Shown: positions 60,297-64,000 of the stretch, one piece after another
How positions within the stretch are numbered: the stretch's first letter is position 1
How the letters are laid out: each line of letters opens with the position of its first letter
From: a virus
Lineage: Duplodnaviria; Heunggongvirae; Uroviricota; Caudoviricetes
IMG/VR virus record: IMGVR_UViG_2909314774_000001
DNA length: 64,000 nucleotides
Reading direction: 5' to 3' (one strand)
Translations under genes and position numbers: made by a program
The notes under the pieces: model-generated
Told to the model about the DNA's origin: nothing
Seen by the model: only the letters and a program-made list of their open reading frames with translations
Database searches by the model: none

Positions 60297-60911
60297 ATGT
60301 TCGGGATGTCAATTACTCAATCAGATGGAAGTTTGTGGATGAGTCCAGAATTTACTCCGCAAAATCTGATTAATAAAGGGACAATGTCTACATCTAAAGG
60401 TTCTGTTTTTCAAACATCAATCCCATCAAACAAATCATGCTTTTTCTTCATAAAAAGCAGTAATAAGGCGAACATGATGTTTATTCATGAGCATAGTAAC
60501 GGATACAATGCTCTCAGATTGCATCAGGTAAATGGTAGCCCCGGAACAATAACAGTTTATGCTTTTTCTGATATGGTGTTACCACATTCTGGCTATGGCA
60601 TTGCCATGTATAACAGCGCAGGCGCAATGGTGTATCACGGTGAGATGATGCCCCTTGATGCGAAACTTATCACTATTTCTGACCCTCAATTTACAATAGA
60701 TATGGGGTATCCATGTGCGGTAATGCCTGCTATGGTTGGGGTATATAACTATAGACGAACCGATTACGACAGACCTGTCTATGTAACAATGACAGGTGCA
60801 ACTGGAAACCAAGTATATAACGGTCAATGGTATTCCGGTAATGTCACATGGGATATTAAGAAGATTTATACAAACAAAATTCTGGTGATAAATACCTCCA
60901 AGTATGATTAG
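60297..60911 (+). CDS. Hypothetical protein
   Basis: Start set at ATG 60297, directly after the previous stop. Confidence 0.4.
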   Translation: MFGMSITQSDGSLWMSPEFTPQNLINKGTMSTSKGSVFQTSIPSNKSCFFFIKSSNKANMMFIHEHSNGYNALRLHQVNGSPGTITVYAFSDMVLPHSGYGIAMYNSAGAMVYHGEMMPLDAKLITISDPQFTIDMGYPCAVMPAMVGVYNYRRTDYDRPVYVTMTGATGNQVYNGQWYSGNVTWDIKKIYTNKILVINTSKYD

Positions 60912-61014
60912 CCAATGCCTTTATTTGAAGGATTGCCTGTTTATTTCTATTTAGTACCTTTTCATTTTTGAAATAATTGCACCATTAAACAAATCACTTC
61001 TTAATGGTGCAATT

Positions 61015-62700
61015 ATGAATACAGCCCTTTCCATCATCGACGATGCCAACTCAAACACTGCTATCGACTATCGGCAGGAAATGAACGTCATCCACGAAAT
61101 TGTGGCCGAGTGCGAGAAAGAGATCGCCTTCATGTATCAGGTACACGACTTCGTTTATGGCGACGAACGCCACAACATGATTAATCGCCTGCTGAGACTA
61201 AACCATCGACCAGATGAAGATCGCTCGCGTTTAAATCGAGGTTGGTTGGATAAAGTCGATCTGGAATGGGTGAAACAGAATATTTGGGCCGAGTACTGGA
61301 GGAAGGTCACGGACATGACTAACGTTTTGCTGATCATGCCAGCTTCCCGTCGAGATGAGTGGCGCGAGCAGTTTATAGAGGGCAAACAGGAAGTCATCAA
61401 AACTGACAGAACCGGCTACCAGATGAAGGTTAAAGAGTTCGTTGGTGTACCGGAGTTCAAAGCAGAAACGGTCATACCCACGATGCTTAATTTGCTGAAT
61501 GACAGGCACAAATATCTCTCTGAGCGCGTGTATGGCTTGTTTAAGGCGCTGAGTCCTGCGCACAAGACAAATAAGACAAACGGTTTCAGCGAACGTCTGA
61601 TAATCGCTGACTGCATTTCTGATTTCTGGCGGGACAGCGTTAGTGTGAACTATCGCAAAGAGGACTATATCGACGATCTGCGTGTCTTGCTTCATTTCTT
61701 CGCGCACAAAGAATTTATTACCATCAACCGCACTGCTGAGGTGCTATCAGCTGCGTATCGGGCAAACGACTGCCAGACCGGTGACTGGATGAACGTCGAT
61801 GGAAATCTAATGCGCGTGAAGATGTTCAAGAACGGCAACGTTCACTTTGAAATACATCCTGACGTGGCCTGGAAGTTGAATGAGGTGCTGGCTTACAGTA
61901 TGCCTGCTGCAATCCCCGCGCCATGTCGCACCGCGCCAAAAACACGGGCACCAAAGCAGTTCGGGTTAATCCAGAAGACGATCTCCGTGCCGGTTCGCAC
62001 TGCGCTTCGTGACGGGCGATTAAGCAAAGACAAAGGCGTATGGTACTTCTCTGATTCAGCTCTCCAGAAGTCGCAGGTGGAAGAGCTTGAGCGCACACTG
62101 AGCTTCATTGGCGGCGTGCAGGAGAAAAAGCACTGGCAGTTCCCGTATGAGATCGGCCATACGCTAAATACGATTGTGGCTACCGGATTAATACCGGATA
62201 CAAAATCACACCAGTTCTACCCTACCCCACGCTTGATTGCTGAGTACGTTGCCAGAGCCACTGAATTGAAGTCTGGTGAGAAGCTGCTGGAGCCTCAAGC
62301 CGGACGTGGGGATCTTCTGGCCTATATCAACGCCGATCTGGAAGATGTTACCTGCATAGAAATCGCACCTCTCTTCGCTGATATCCTGCGCGGAAAAGGG
62401 TATACGAACACGATTTGCTGCGACTTCATAAAGTGGTCTGAGGACAACGTAGGTTATCAGTTCGACAAAATCGTTATGAACCCGCCGTACTCGCTTGGTC
62501 GTCATAGAGAGCACACGCTGGCTGCGCTGGGGCATCTGAAAGTCGGCGGGCGTCTTGTAGCAGTATTGCCGGGCACTGCGCCAATACTGGACTGGATGAC
62601 GATGGATAATTACGTTTATGCCAGAGGGAAGTCGTTTACCAACGAGTTTGAAGACACAGGGATCACAGTCAGCGTATACGTTTTCAAACGCGTTAAATGA
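61015..62700 (+). CDS. Two-domain protein with C-terminal SAM-dependent N6-adenine methyltransferase domain
   Basis: Motif I LLEPQAGRGDL and motif IV NPPYS in the last ~160 residues; ~400 residue N-terminal domain of unknown function. Confidence 0.65.
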   Translation: MNTALSIIDDANSNTAIDYRQEMNVIHEIVAECEKEIAFMYQVHDFVYGDERHNMINRLLRLNHRPDEDRSRLNRGWLDKVDLEWVKQNIWAEYWRKVTDMTNVLLIMPASRRDEWREQFIEGKQEVIKTDRTGYQMKVKEFVGVPEFKAETVIPTMLNLLNDRHKYLSERVYGLFKALSPAHKTNKTNGFSERLIIADCISDFWRDSVSVNYRKEDYIDDLRVLLHFFAHKEFITINRTAEVLSAAYRANDCQTGDWMNVDGNLMRVKMFKNGNVHFEIHPDVAWKLNEVLAYSMPAAIPAPCRTAPKTRAPKQFGLIQKTISVPVRTALRDGRLSKDKGVWYFSDSALQKSQVEELERTLSFIGGVQEKKHWQFPYEIGHTLNTIVATGLIPDTKSHQFYPTPRLIAEYVARATELKSGEKLLEPQAGRGDLLAYINADLEDVTCIEIAPLFADILRGKGYTNTICCDFIKWSEDNVGYQFDKIVMNPPYSLGRHREHTLAALGHLKVGGRLVAVLPGTAPILDWMTMDNYVYARGKSFTNEFEDTGITVSVYVFKRVK

Positions 62701-62761
62701 TAGGTAAATACTTACCTAATTTGTGTAAGAATGTAGTTACTAAACGATAAGAGAAAAACAC

Positions 62762-63466
62762 ATGAACAACCTCCAGTTAGAGCATTTTAACGTCACAGGC
62801 CATTCTGATTTTCCTTTCAAGTTTACATTGAAAGGTTATGCAGAGGATGCGGTAGGCCAGATCATTATTGATAAAGGCATCGTTAAGTTTGAGGGGGATT
62901 TTGATGAATCCGCGAAAACATTCATAGACTTCGTTGCCAAACGTTGGAGCGAGCAATGGAAAAACCTGGAAAAGCGCGCCAATGAGTTTGATCGGTTCAT
63001 GGATGCAATGGATACAGCAAAAGAGGCTCTTGATGCCGGGACTCCGTTAGATCTGGAGTCACTTTTCAACGGCGAAGTGGCCTCTGCGATGTTCGCCACC
63101 ATGTTCGCGGGTGAGTTCGTCCGCAGCGGTGCCAAAAACTACCTTGAGCTGGATTACAACGTCCCTGCAATTGGCGATTTCGTCGTTACCATCCAACGCA
63201 AAGAAGGTAAGACGCCAGGTGAACGCGTCGCAGAACTTGAGGCTGTTGTGGATCAGCGTAACGGAGAGTGTGACCGTTTGATCAACGAGCTTCATGCACT
63301 TCGGGAAGAAAGAATATGCGCGGGTAGCAATACACGTAATGCAGCGGATATCTACTTCCAGTTAGTTGAGGAATGCCAGATTCCACCAGGCGGCTCTCTT
63401 GTCGATTACGTCAGACATTTAATGACGGAAGTTAACTCCAGCCATAAAGATGGTGAGGTGCGCTGA
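62762..63466 (+). CDS. Hypothetical protein
   Basis: 234-codon ORF with the conserved AAAAACACATG start context. Confidence 0.5.
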   Translation: MNNLQLEHFNVTGHSDFPFKFTLKGYAEDAVGQIIIDKGIVKFEGDFDESAKTFIDFVAKRWSEQWKNLEKRANEFDRFMDAMDTAKEALDAGTPLDLESLFNGEVASAMFATMFAGEFVRSGAKNYLELDYNVPAIGDFVVTIQRKEGKTPGERVAELEAVVDQRNGECDRLINELHALREERICAGSNTRNAADIYFQLVEECQIPPGGSLVDYVRHLMTEVNSSHKDGEVR

Positions 63467-63846
63467 TGTTTGGCATTGACGCACAGCGTATAGCCGCTTT
63501 TGCAAAAAGCCCTCTTGATAATCCCTTGTCTCGTAGTGAGCAAATGGAGCTGGCAAGGCTTTTTCTTCACATTCAAAAACAGGCAGACGTTTTCAATAAC
63601 ATGCCTGATCAACCTATTCTGGATGGTCACATCCAGATGGTCATTAACAGTCATGAGAAAGGCTGGGCTGCAATCGTCCCCTGCACAATTACATACAAGT
63701 TGGCGAAAGAGGTTCAAGAGTTTCGAAAAGTCAGCGTCGAATCAGAGTCTACCAAAGCCGCAATAAACACTCTTATTCGCATGGGGTTCACATGGGACGG
63801 TGGAGCTTACTGGCAAGCACCTCACCCCATTTTATCCGGCAATTAG
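63466..63846 (+). CDS. Hypothetical protein
   Basis: 126-codon ORF, start overlaps the previous stop. Confidence 0.45.
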   Translation: MFGIDAQRIAAFAKSPLDNPLSRSEQMELARLFLHIQKQADVFNNMPDQPILDGHIQMVINSHEKGWAAIVPCTITYKLAKEVQEFRKVSVESESTKAAINTLIRMGFTWDGGAYWQAPHPILSGN

Positions 63847-63984
63847 ACGCTACAAATCCTTCGGCATGAATAAATAAAGGCCATAAGTTGTGGCCTTAAA
63901 TAAATTGTTTTCTACCTTTTCTTATTTGTGAAAATAAACCAGCACTTGGTAGTGCTTATGTAACAGCAAAGAAGAGAAAAACAC

Positions 63985-64000
63985 ATGAGTAACAAAATCG
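63985..64000 (+). CDS. Hypothetical protein, 3'-truncated by window edge
   Basis: ATG 63985 carries the conserved GAGAAAAACACATG context; only 5 codons fall inside the window. Confidence 0.3.

Overview
This 64 kb window reads as part of a phage-plasmid, an inference from hand-read motifs with no database search run. Plasmid-maintenance genes (a GNAT toxin/antitoxin pair, parA plus an RHH partner, and a P1-type RepA flanked by iterons, DnaA boxes and GATC-rich tracts) sit among phage genes: a tail fibre with a gp38-like adhesin, a lysis cassette, and a large DNA-metabolism module (DnaB-like helicase, primase, ATP-dependent ligase, DnaE-type polymerase, SSB, FEN, RecA, SbcCD, RuvC-like resolvase, NrdAB, ThyA, DHFR, DnaQ-like exonuclease, RNase HI, two adenine methyltransferases). 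Gene content resembles what I recall of SSU5/pHCM2-type phage-plasmids, and a complete IS911-like element points to an Escherichia/Shigella-type host. There are four tRNA genes (Asn, Tyr, Thr, Ser), no rRNA and no CRISPR array. The best candidates for something undescribed are an AT-rich island carrying a lone KAP-family (PifA-like) P-loop NTPase, a second AT-rich island encoding a 420 aa membrane protein, a family of long covarying hairpins interleaved with the tRNAs, and two genome-wide intergenic palindrome families. Gene starts were re-picked by hand from RBS context where the ORF track looked over-extended; all coordinates and tRNA calls need confirmation with proper tools.
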